From IMG/VR virus record IMGVR_UViG_3300017987_005501: a DNA stretch of 64,000 bases; one strand, written 5' to 3'. The DNA is from a virus (taxonomy: Duplodnaviria > Caudoviricetes). Shown here piece by piece: positions 30,095 through 38,441 of the stretch (its first letter is position 1; each line of letters starts with the position of its first letter). The notes below the pieces were generated by a model, which ran no database searches, was not told the origin of the DNA, and saw nothing but the letters and a program-made list of their open reading frames with translations. The position numbers and the translations under genes are program-made.

Positions 30095-30988
30095 ATGCAA
30101 AGTTATTTAGATTTACTTGATAGGATCCTAACCACTGGGGTTAAGAAGGCAGATAGGACCGGGACTGGTACCATTGGAATTTCGGGAGCGCAATTACGTT
30201 TCAACCTCCAGGAAGGGTTTCCCCTTTTAACAACTAAAAAAGTTTTTTGGAAAGGCGTAATCACTGAATTGCTTTGGTTCCTTAAAGGGGATACCCATAT
30301 TAAATTTTTAATCGATAATAAATGTAAAATTTGGAATGCCAATGCATATGATTATTATAAGAAAAGGTGCCATACCTTTAAGGACGATATTGAGCACCCT
30401 GTAGATTATGAAGAGTTTGTTGAGCGAGCTAAAACAGGGGATTCCCGGTTTGGCGAATTAGGGCCTGTTTATGGTTCCCAGTGGCGTAATTTTAATGGAG
30501 ACGGGGTAGATCAGATAGCTAATGCAGTTCAAAAACTAAAGACAGATCCGTATGATCGGAGAATTATTGTGAGTGCTTGGAACCCTTCTAAGCTTCCTGA
30601 GATGGCTTTACCCCCTTGCCATATGATGTATCAATTCATTGTCAGAGAAGTCGATGAGAAGAAAATCCTTGATTTAATAATGATGCAAAGAAGTACGGAT
30701 ACATTTTTAGGTCTAAGTTTCAACATATGTTCCTATGCTGTTTTACTTATGCTGTTTTCAAAAGTAGTCGGAATGGAACCAGGAGAGTTTATTTGGACTG
30801 GCGGGGATGTCCATCTCTATCTCGATCATATTGAACAAGCAAAATTACAATTATCTAGAGAGCCACGCCCATTGCCAAGAATGGAAATTGATTATCATGG
30901 GCAAGCGATTGATGAATTTAAATTAGAAGATTTTAAGTTAATTGATTATAACCCCCATCCTATAATTAAAGCGAAAATGAGTGTTTAA
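30095..30988 (+). CDS. thyA: Thymidylate synthase
   Basis: The start was moved to ATG 30095, after AAGGAG. Motifs: DRTGTGT, FPLLTTK, ELLWFL, LGPVYGSQWR, RRIIVSAWN, LPPCH, QRSTD.FLGL.FNI.SY, GDVHLYLDH. Confidence 0.97.
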   Translation: MQSYLDLLDRILTTGVKKADRTGTGTIGISGAQLRFNLQEGFPLLTTKKVFWKGVITELLWFLKGDTHIKFLIDNKCKIWNANAYDYYKKRCHTFKDDIEHPVDYEEFVERAKTGDSRFGELGPVYGSQWRNFNGDGVDQIANAVQKLKTDPYDRRIIVSAWNPSKLPEMALPPCHMMYQFIVREVDEKKILDLIMMQRSTDTFLGLSFNICSYAVLLMLFSKVVGMEPGEFIWTGGDVHLYLDHIEQAKLQLSREPRPLPRMEIDYHGQAIDEFKLEDFKLIDYNPHPIIKAKMSV

Positions 30989-31005
30989 CCGAGGAAGACA
31001 AAAGG

Positions 31006-31497
31006 ATGACTAAAGAATTAACCGTCGAATTAACAGACTACTGCCCGAATAGCTGCGAATTCTGTAGTAGCAATTCAGATCCTAACCAAACTACTTATTT
31101 AGGATTAGAAATAGCCTTAAAGGAAATTGGAGAAACCGAGGCAGAAATTATCCACCTTAGCGGAGGAGAGCCATTAGCTCATCCCGAATTTTGGAAAGTC
31201 CTGCAAGCGGCATCTGAAAAGGTAGGGGCAGAAAATGTTATCGTGCATACAAACGCAATAAGGCAATTGGCATTCAACCTTCACGTAATTCCTGGGGTTA
31301 AAACTCATGGGTATATTACTCCAGAAGGGGTCGATGTTCTGCATATTGCAAAAAGAATCAAACAAGGAAAAGAAAGAAAAAAGCCAGAACCCTATTTCTC
31401 AAGCAACTGGGATAGTTGTGGAGATTGTGCGGAGTGCGAACATCGATTAGTTAATCCAGATGGGGTTGTTGGAAAACCGTGCAATAAGAAACGTTAG
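31006..31497 (+). CDS. Minimal radical-SAM protein (163 aa) with a C-terminal Cys cluster
   Basis: ELTDYCPNSCEFCS (CxxxCxxC), LSGGEP, and C-terminal CGDCAECEHRLVNPDG...PC. Confidence 0.75.
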   Translation: MTKELTVELTDYCPNSCEFCSSNSDPNQTTYLGLEIALKEIGETEAEIIHLSGGEPLAHPEFWKVLQAASEKVGAENVIVHTNAIRQLAFNLHVIPGVKTHGYITPEGVDVLHIAKRIKQGKERKKPEPYFSSNWDSCGDCAECEHRLVNPDGVVGKPCNKKR

Positions 31498-31528
31498 TTT
31501 TTTAGGAGATTACTTAAAAGGAAAAATA

Positions 31529-31753
31529 ATGGAAATCGATCTAGAACATATTTTTACACACCATGCCCCCGAAAAAGAAGATATTGAAAAATACACCAAA
31601 CTAAGAAATGCAGCAAAGGAGTTTGCAGAAACTATAATTAAAAATACTCCAAAAGGCGCAGACCAAACAGCTACAATTCGTAAAATTAGAGAAGCAGTTA
31701 TGACTGCAAATGCTTCTATAGCATTAAAAGGAAGACTGAACAAGGAAACCTAA
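31529..31753 (+). CDS. 74-aa helical-hairpin protein, candidate Acb2/Tad1-like signal sponge
   Basis: IFTHHAP...YTKLRNAAKEFAETI...ADQTATIRKIREAVMTANASIAL; the start was moved to ATG 31529. The functional call is recalled, not searched. Confidence 0.55.
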   Translation: MEIDLEHIFTHHAPEKEDIEKYTKLRNAAKEFAETIIKNTPKGADQTATIRKIREAVMTANASIALKGRLNKET

Positions 31754-31766
31754 AGTGGGGTTTTGT

Positions 31767-32159
31767 ATGGATAACGCTGTTTTTAATATCAATGGATCTG
31801 GGGAAGGGTTCCTAGCCAAAGTACTAGCTCTAGCTTTTGAACAAACCCAGACCCCAAACGGTTGGAAAAAAGATAAAGAAAAAGGAATCGTGCTTTTTTG
31901 GTACGGAGGAAAAAAGGGGTTTCTTCTTTCAGAGTACCGCCGTCATCCAAAAAATTGGCGAAAGATATCATTAAAATCTTCGAAACAGAGGATTGGGTTA
32001 AAGAAATCCCTCTTAAAGATTGGGATGCAGATATAGACCAGGATGGGTATAATTCTAAAGGTTGGAGGGTTTTCACAGAAGATTGGGGGGTATATTAAGG
32101 GGCACGGGCATTACTCGTTTCTTTGTATAACCCCAGCTTATCTTTGGCATGGGAAATAA
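31767..32159 (+). pseudogene. Single ~130-aa gene interrupted by two compensating frameshifts (or translationally recoded)
   Basis: Frame 0 reads MDNAVF...FWYGGKK. The -1 frame from A_AAA_AAG (31910-31916) reads GVSSF...DQDGYNSKGWRVFTEDWG. Frame 0 resumes at the G6 run (32085-32090) with YIKGHGHYSFLCITPAYLWHGK* ending at 32159, two nt before the next ATG. Confidence 0.6.
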
Positions 32160-32161
32160 AT

Positions 32162-32521
32162 ATGAAATCTTATAGGGAAATAGTGAAAGGGGGCCTTCTT
32201 GAAAGGGAAGAGGAGCTCAAGGGAGCCTTAAAGAAAATACGCAGAGCAAAAAAAGGGATGGAGAAAGAAAAACCCCTTCTTTTTGAAGTCTCAATTTATT
32301 CTCTTTGGGCAGACTACGGGGAGAAGCCAGTTACCGTTTCGGGAGAAAAATCGGTTGATTTAGCCCTCAAAGCCGCCTGTAAAAAATTTAAGGAAGTGAA
32401 TTGTCGGTCGGATGTTCAAGGCAGACCCAGCGTCTGGGCAATTTCAGAAGAAGTTTATATCTCGCTTCCAAAAAAACGTTGGATAAAACAATTTGAAAAG
32501 TATGCAAAGTATAAGGGATAG
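32162..32521 (+). CDS. Hypothetical protein
   Basis: ATG 32162 preferred over TTG 32123. Confidence 0.55.
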   Translation: MKSYREIVKGGLLEREEELKGALKKIRRAKKGMEKEKPLLFEVSIYSLWADYGEKPVTVSGEKSVDLALKAACKKFKEVNCRSDVQGRPSVWAISEEVYISLPKKRWIKQFEKYAKYKG

Positions 32522-32549
32522 CTTCTAGAGTATAAAGAAGGTTTTTGCA

Positions 32550-33086
32550 ATGATAGTTAAAATAGAATTTATCTACGCTCGAGACGATAAGAATGGCATT
32601 GCTAAAAATGGAAATATGCCTTGGAATTGCCCTAAAGACTTGAAAAGGTTTGCTAAAATAACAAAAGAAAATTGTAAAGCAAAAAAACGGATTCCAAAAG
32701 CAGCGGTTTTGATGGGGAGAAAGACTTGGGACTCTCTCAACAAAAAATTTAAGCCATTACCCAACAGAACAAATATTATCCTATCCCGTTCTACGAAAAC
32801 ACATTATGGGGACGACGAAAAAGAAATTATTTATTTCTCCCAAAGCCCCGAGGATTGCAAAAGCTTTCTAAATAGAAATTGCTTTACTAAGGTTTTTGTG
32901 ATTGGTGGAGCTGAAATTTTTAAGTTATTCGAAAAACAAGTATCAGTAGTTCACGAATCTCATATTTTTGGGGATTTTGATTGTGATATAACTTTTAGCT
33001 TTGATCTCAAGGGCTTTTCCCCGGAGGTTGTAGAAGAATTGGATGACCATAAATATACGTTGTGGAGAAAAAATGATAGTTTATAA
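32550..33086 (+). CDS. folA: Dihydrofolate reductase
   Basis: NGIAKNGNMPW.CPKDLKRF, VLMGRKTWDSL..PLPNRTNIILS, VFVIGGAEIF. Confidence 0.95.
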   Translation: MIVKIEFIYARDDKNGIAKNGNMPWNCPKDLKRFAKITKENCKAKKRIPKAAVLMGRKTWDSLNKKFKPLPNRTNIILSRSTKTHYGDDEKEIIYFSQSPEDCKSFLNRNCFTKVFVIGGAEIFKLFEKQVSVVHESHIFGDFDCDITFSFDLKGFSPEVVEELDDHKYTLWRKNDSL

Positions 33087-33615
33087 ACTAGCGATAGCAG
33101 GAGGCAAGCAAGCAGGGAAATCAGCTGCAGCACAATATTTGGCCAAACGACTTACCCGGAAAAAATGTTACATATACTTTGAAGGCCTTTCCCGCCCAGT
33201 CTGCGACTTAGGGAAAAGGTTTACTGAGGAACCAACCGAGGAACAGATAGAGAAAATTCAAAGCTTTGGGGAAGATTTAGTCTCAAAATCAATTTGGGTG
33301 GATCAATTAGAAAAACGGATTGAGAAAACGATTCGGTATTATAAACCAAAGAATAAAGAAAACTCTCCTTTTATAACTTTAGTTGAAGATTTAACGAATA
33401 AAAGCTATTATAACTTTCTCAAGAAAGCGAATTGGGATTTTCTATTAATAAACCGCCCCAATATAGAGACGGCTTTTAAACCAGAAGATGTAACCTACAC
33501 ATTAAATAATTCTGGTTCGTTAGATGAACTAAAGTTACGGCTAGATACAATCGTAACGAAGATACTTGGAGATTTTAAATGCTTATTATCAAAATCGACT
33601 TCTCCCCCGAAATAA
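33073..33615 (+). CDS. P-loop kinase, deoxynucleoside-monophosphate-kinase-like
   Basis: IAGGKQAGKS P-loop, WVD, N.GSLDEL; located next to DHFR. Confidence 0.6.
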   Translation: MIVYKLAIAGGKQAGKSAAAQYLAKRLTRKKCYIYFEGLSRPVCDLGKRFTEEPTEEQIEKIQSFGEDLVSKSIWVDQLEKRIEKTIRYYKPKNKENSPFITLVEDLTNKSYYNFLKKANWDFLLINRPNIETAFKPEDVTYTLNNSGSLDELKLRLDTIVTKILGDFKCLLSKSTSPPK

Positions 33616-34031
33616 ACGACCAGTTTACAACGAATGGGATTAGGGTCTTAACAGATACTTCTAAGGTTACTTCGGCAGACCTATTTTCTGCTATGCAAGT
33701 TTGTGTTGGGCTGCGAAGAAGCTCTTCCATCCTAGATAAAATGGTTATTGAAGTGGAAAAAAATAGAGTTAAAATTATTCCTACTGATGGGTATTTTAAG
33801 GAAATTAAGGAAGAAGACGCACAATTTATCCCATTAGGCAGGATTCCACTAATTCATGACTTTTTTAAGGAATTAAGGCAGGATATTACGGTCGGAATGC
33901 AAGACCACCTAAACCTAGAAGCCGAAAAACCAATAGTTAAGCGAAATCAAAAAGCAAAAAGGGCACATTCAGGCCCACGAGATACTCCCCCAAACACGGT
34001 AATTAATAAAAGATGGAAAAGAAAAAAGTAG
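33579..34031 (+). CDS. Hypothetical protein
   Basis: ORF in an operon context with GGAG upstream. Confidence 0.55.
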   Translation: MLIIKIDFSPEINDQFTTNGIRVLTDTSKVTSADLFSAMQVCVGLRRSSSILDKMVIEVEKNRVKIIPTDGYFKEIKEEDAQFIPLGRIPLIHDFFKELRQDITVGMQDHLNLEAEKPIVKRNQKAKRAHSGPRDTPPNTVINKRWKRKK

Positions 34032-34435
34032 AAGATTTCTTTAAGGATCAAAAAATGTTTTGCCCGAGCTGCCAAAAAAAGGTAGATCCGGTACATAACG
34101 AGGTTATTAAAAAGCTTATTCGAGAGAAAGCTAGAGAAATTGCCCAAGAAAAAGATTTACAAAAAGTTATAGAGGAAAAGGATTACGAATTTTTAGATTT
34201 CCTTGCTAAATTTAAAAAATTAGAAGATGGGTGTAAATTTTGCCCCACGTGTGGATGGTCTCCTTTTTATAACTTATTAGCAGACAAGACCCTTCGTAAA
34301 TTCACAAAAGATTTCCCGAATGAGATTAAGGGGTCAAGGGGTGGTTATCTTTTAGATATGCTACCTAGCCAAGGAAAAAGGAACCTAACTAGGGCTCCTT
34401 TAAAAAAGACAATTCGTAATATGTTTAAGAACTGA
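34013..34435 (+). CDS. Hypothetical zinc-ribbon protein
   Basis: CPSC...CPTCG pairs. Confidence 0.55.
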   Translation: MEKKKVEDFFKDQKMFCPSCQKKVDPVHNEVIKKLIREKAREIAQEKDLQKVIEEKDYEFLDFLAKFKKLEDGCKFCPTCGWSPFYNLLADKTLRKFTKDFPNEIKGSRGGYLLDMLPSQGKRNLTRAPLKKTIRNMFKN

Positions 34436-34889
34436 CGTCTGGGTTTCCTTCTTCTGATACTAACCTAAAATTATCCTCTTCCCTTTCATAGTAACCTTTC
34501 CAAAAGATATCTGCAGAAAAGGCATTAATCAGCATCTTTTGTTTCTTCTCCTCCGCAGCAACTTCTAGATAATAAAATCCAAGGTTATCTTTAAGTTTCA
34601 AAGCAAATCTTCTAATTAGCTTAATAAACTCATTTGTTTTTTCAGGCTCAAAACGAACAGAAAGGTTAGTAGCTATTTCTGGCTCCTCAGATTCATCCCC
34701 CTCTAATTGGTAAAACCTCATAAAGATTTTGAACTCTTCGTTTTTTTCTTCAACTATTTGAAGGTCTAAAAAGTCGAATGGCTCGAAAATAGGGTCGTCG
34801 TCTTTAACAAACAGAGAAAAGATCCCTAGTTCTAGAATGCTTCCATCCTTTTCAAGCGTATCGAACCCGATGCTACAAGTATACGGCAT
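34425..34889 (-). CDS. Hypothetical acidic protein, last gene of the neuB block
   Basis: ATG 34889 follows AGGGG and avoids overlap with neuB. Confidence 0.55.
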   Translation of the reverse strand: MPYTCSIGFDTLEKDGSILELGIFSLFVKDDDPIFEPFDFLDLQIVEEKNEEFKIFMRFYQLEGDESEEPEIATNLSVRFEPEKTNEFIKLIRRFALKLKDNLGFYYLEVAAEEKKQKMLINAFSADIFWKGYYEREEDNFRLVSEEGNPDVSS

Positions 34890-34900
34890 TGAAAATTCCC

Positions 34901-35596
34901 CTATTCGTCTAGGATTAGACCCCATGCCTTATCCCTATGTAAGGTAGACTTAAGGGCAACGTGGCGTTCAACGATTTCTGCATTTGGGTAGGCCCCAAAG
35001 GAAGGATCGTCGTGGTGGAAACTTGTTCCGTCAGCCCAAGCATGCAGTTCCTCGGGTAAATCCTTTTGACGGTCTGGGTAGTTTCCTGGGCAGAAGAGAA
35101 TTTTTAGGTCAGGTTTAAAAAATAAAGTCTTCTTAAAATAAATATCTTTTACGAACTGGGCTTCAATCTTAGTCCTACAAGAGATTATTACGGGCAGATG
35201 CTTTTGCTTACTAAGATTTGACACGGTTTGCAAAATTCCAACATCACAATTCTTAGGTCTGCCAATCTTAATAAAGTCGTCCCCTTCTAGGATTGAATAA
35301 ATTTCATAAGCCGAGATAGGGTCCCAAACAGAGCACCCATAAACCATTCCTGCCGAGTGAGCTTGCTTCTGCAAGATTTCGTGCATCCCGGGGGTAAATT
35401 CTAATTTATGGCGATGCTCCCCTTCGGTTTTTCCAAAAGGGGAATCTGGGCGAGGAGTAGAATTATTAAACCAATGCCCTGCTGATCTTTTTTGGAATTT
35501 GACTGCCGTATATCCTTTTTCTTTTGCAGCCTGGATTAACTCTAACGCTTTGTTAAAGTCTCCATCATGGCATAATCCGATTTCTGCTATTTTCAT
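34901..35596 (-). CDS. neuB: N-acetylneuraminate (nonulosonate) synthase family, short form without the SAF/AFP domain
   Basis: IAEIGLCHDGD, AVKFQKR, SVWD, FIKIG, NYP, SFHH and VERH (metal His positions). Confidence 0.85.
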   Translation of the reverse strand: MKIAEIGLCHDGDFNKALELIQAAKEKGYTAVKFQKRSAGHWFNNSTPRPDSPFGKTEGEHRHKLEFTPGMHEILQKQAHSAGMVYGCSVWDPISAYEIYSILEGDDFIKIGRPKNCDVGILQTVSNLSKQKHLPVIISCRTKIEAQFVKDIYFKKTLFFKPDLKILFCPGNYPDRQKDLPEELHAWADGTSFHHDDPSFGAYPNAEIVERHVALKSTLHRDKAWGLILDE

Positions 35597-35660
35597 ATTT
35601 CAATTCTCCAAAGAATGTAGAAATAGTTACAATATTTTTTACAATATTTTTTTAGTAATC

Positions 35661-36632
35661 TTACTTGTAAAGCGAAGATAAATGTTTCACAACTTTAGAC
35701 TCGTGCCAAAACTCCCGCATAAAACGGGCACTATAGAGGCCCTTTTGTTTTAATTTCTGCTTCCCCGACTTTTCTTCGACATAGGGGAGCAATGCCTCTC
35801 TTAATGTCTTCCTATCTTGAGCATAGATCCAAGGAAGTTGATCAACCCTACAATCTAATTTTTCAGCTATTCGCTCTTGTTGGGCAGGCGGCAAGTGGCA
35901 AATTACAGGGACCCCAAGAGCAAGCCCCTCTAAAGAAGATAGGCCGAAAGAATAATTCATTTGATCAAAAACCAAATCAGATTCCCTCTTCCTCTTTAAA
36001 ACTTCGTCATGTGGTTGCATCTCAATTACATCCAACTCAAGGTTACATCCTTCAGAGATTAACTCTGTCGCTACATCTTCTAAGGCATCTGTCGCTTTAA
36101 TATTCTTTCGGGTAGGAGATTGACTAAGCTTAACCTTACTGCTTAAATCCCAAGATTGCTTTGGTTTGTACCTTGGGTCTTCTAAATGGACAAAGTTCGG
36201 AACCCAGATGGAACGGTTGTTGGGAAAGAGGTCAACCATATCCGGGGTAGAAACAATAACAACATCATCTCTCCTCTCTTCGTATTTTCGCTGATATTTC
36301 TCTAAATTTTGCCTGAAAAGCGGATGCCCATGATGATGCCGCACAATTAGCTGATTGTTAATATAATCGCTGATTTTGAAAGGCCCTAGCATGGTATCTT
36401 CATCGGCGAGCATATGAAAATGGAAAACATCCGCAGTTTTCAATAAATGCTCTACCCTATCCCAATCTTCTTTAGAGGCGGTAGGAAGATAAATGTCTTC
36501 ATCGAAATTACATACATATCTTCTTTGCCAGGTAACTAAACTACAATCATGTTCTGTATACTTTTCGAGAGCCTTTTTGAAAATAATACCAGTCCCGGCA
36601 GGGTCGTTTTCAGCAATCATTAAGATTTGCAT
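35661..36632 (-). CDS. GT-B fold glycosyltransferase (GT4-like)
   Basis: C-terminal SDLVFDQ...FGLSSLEGLALGVPVI; N-terminal MIAENDPAG; adjacent to neuB. Confidence 0.78.
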   Translation of the reverse strand: MQILMIAENDPAGTGIIFKKALEKYTEHDCSLVTWQRRYVCNFDEDIYLPTASKEDWDRVEHLLKTADVFHFHMLADEDTMLGPFKISDYINNQLIVRHHHGHPLFRQNLEKYQRKYEERRDDVVIVSTPDMVDLFPNNRSIWVPNFVHLEDPRYKPKQSWDLSSKVKLSQSPTRKNIKATDALEDVATELISEGCNLELDVIEMQPHDEVLKRKRESDLVFDQMNYSFGLSSLEGLALGVPVICHLPPAQQERIAEKLDCRVDQLPWIYAQDRKTLREALLPYVEEKSGKQKLKQKGLYSARFMREFWHESKVVKHLSSLYK

Positions 36633-37048
36633 GGGTAAATCCTTTCAATTCCTGTGGAAAATTGTTCTGCAGTTAAGCCAGCGAAAAAGTCTAGGATTAT
36701 TTTAATCTGAATTTCATAATACTCGCATTTCATTTGCCCCAGCTTTCTGCGATTCGTATTCATATTTGTAGAAGGGACTTCCCCGCCACAAAAAAGTCTC
36801 CCCTCGATTTCAAGTAACTTAATCCAGGGGAACGCATCTGGGAGCTTTCTTCTTATTTGGCTTATTAGGAAAGAAGGGTTTGTCTTATCAGAGTCGCGAT
36901 GATAGACAATTTTATAAAGTATCGGGAGATACCTTCGTGGGAGATAAAAGCCATAAGCAAATTGGTGGGTTTCAGGGGGTGCCACGTTAATAGATCGTGT
37001 TGCATTCCCTGTCCGGGCCCCGGAAAAATGGGACTTCTTACCATTCAT
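36620..37048 (-). CDS. Hypothetical protein, first gene of the neuB block
   Basis: Overlaps the glycosyltransferase start by 13 nt. Confidence 0.5.
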   Translation of the reverse strand: MNGKKSHFSGARTGNATRSINVAPPETHQFAYGFYLPRRYLPILYKIVYHRDSDKTNPSFLISQIRRKLPDAFPWIKLLEIEGRLFCGGEVPSTNMNTNRRKLGQMKCEYYEIQIKIILDFFAGLTAEQFSTGIERIYPCKS

Positions 37049-37232
37049 AATTCAAACCTTTCTGGTTTATTAGAGAAAACATGAAAAAGTAAATGAGACC
37101 TAGTGAAAAGTTTTAAGTATCACTTTTCTGTCTTTTTGGTTTAGGGGACAATTTAGAAATTTTTATTAGCTCTACGGATCTAAATTTTAGATCAAAGGAA
37201 TTGTCTATTTTTAATCAGCAATTAATAGATTA

Positions 37233-37634
37233 TTAACCTTGCCTAACTCCATAGCTTCCATCTTCGTAGATAAAGTATACGGGCTTTTCCTGTTCTTTTT
37301 TCCACGTAATAAATTTATCTAAAGTTAGAAACTCTGTAACATCCTCGCCAATAATAAGTTTCCCATTAGGGGATGGGGGATTCAATTTCGACTTATACTT
37401 TTTAGTAGTAAAAGTTCTTTTTTCGGGATCAAATAATAGGACTTCGGGGTCGCCCTTCTCTAGATCCTCGTACGTCAATGGGCAAACTTTATTATTGATG
37501 AATTGTAAAAATGGCAAGGAGTTTACTGGGAGGAGAGTCTCTTTTGTTACGGGGCACTTCTCCACCTTTTCTTCGCTTTCGAAAAAAGCTCGTGCGCCAG
37601 GGCTAAAGTAAAAGTAACTATTCCCCTCAGACAT
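37233..37634 (-). CDS. Hypothetical protein
   Basis: 133-aa ORF with GGAG upstream. Confidence 0.55.
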   Translation of the reverse strand: MSEGNSYFYFSPGARAFFESEEKVEKCPVTKETLLPVNSLPFLQFINNKVCPLTYEDLEKGDPEVLLFDPEKRTFTTKKYKSKLNPPSPNGKLIIGEDVTEFLTLDKFITWKKEQEKPVYFIYEDGSYGVRQG

Positions 37635-37638
37635 TTAA

Positions 37639-38430
37639 CTAGTCCTTTTGCTTCCTAGTAATACTCTCAGGGGAAACTCTACGTTGCTGAGATTGCGGAG
37701 TCATCTTAACTTTTCCCCCAAAGAAAGTTTGAATTGCTTTAACATCTGGGAAACGTTTTGCTTTCTTAATTTCTAAACATTGGAGTATAAATTTATTCCA
37801 TTCTGGTTCAAGGCCAGCATGGTCCCGAGGGGGCATAAAACTCATTTCTCCCTGTTTTACTTTTAGAATATTAGGTAGTTTTATCCCAGTTAGGATATAA
37901 TAAAAGAATGCTCCAAGGCTAAAGATATCGCTCTCTTCCGTAAGCTGATATCCCTGGTGATGCTCTGGAGAAGAGATGTGGTCAACCGGGGCACCCTCAA
38001 ATATGCCAAAGCATGATAATACCGCGGTCCGGTTTTCCAAATCAATCCAAACGTTTTCTGGCCGGATTTCTCCATGAATAATATGTGGATGAACTGCGGA
38101 TAAGGCAGATAAAAGGGAATCCCGAATCCAAGAAGCCATTGTCATGGTAATCTTCTTTTTCTGGTCAAGATATTCCTGAAGATTCATTGTAAAGGGGATT
38201 TCTTCGACCAGGTAGTAATCCTCTCCGGCTGCTAAAACCTCCCTGACCTGGGAAATATTAGGATGAATAAGCTGTTGCAGTTGAGAAGCCCTACCTAGGA
38301 GAATATCAATTTCAGTTTCCTCAAGAGCTTCAAACTTTCGAACGACTAAATCCTTTTCCTCGCTATCTTTTGATAGGTAAGTTAAATCCCCATCATCGTC
38401 CAAGATTTCTTTAATAATTTTATACGGCAT
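37639..38430 (-). CDS. Hanks-type Ser/Thr kinase fold, predicted pseudokinase
   Basis: LIHPNI, HGEIRPEN (for HRDxKPxN), CFG (for DFG), SPE, SDIFSLG..YYILTG, RF. Confidence 0.8.
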   Translation of the reverse strand: MPYKIIKEILDDDGDLTYLSKDSEEKDLVVRKFEALEETEIDILLGRASQLQQLIHPNISQVREVLAAGEDYYLVEEIPFTMNLQEYLDQKKKITMTMASWIRDSLLSALSAVHPHIIHGEIRPENVWIDLENRTAVLSCFGIFEGAPVDHISSPEHHQGYQLTEESDIFSLGAFFYYILTGIKLPNILKVKQGEMSFMPPRDHAGLEPEWNKFILQCLEIKKAKRFPDVKAIQTFFGGKVKMTPQSQQRRVSPESITRKQKD

Positions 38431-38441
38431 TAGTTTATCTC

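Noticed and set aside
16634-32036. TAG stop-codon reassignment (code 15), prompted by the single in-frame TAG at 32034 and several TAG-ending genes
   Set aside because: map, def and the HNH gene end in TAG at natural C-termini followed by an SD and the next ATG. Long conserved genes have no internal TAG, and the 31767 locus is better explained by frameshifts.
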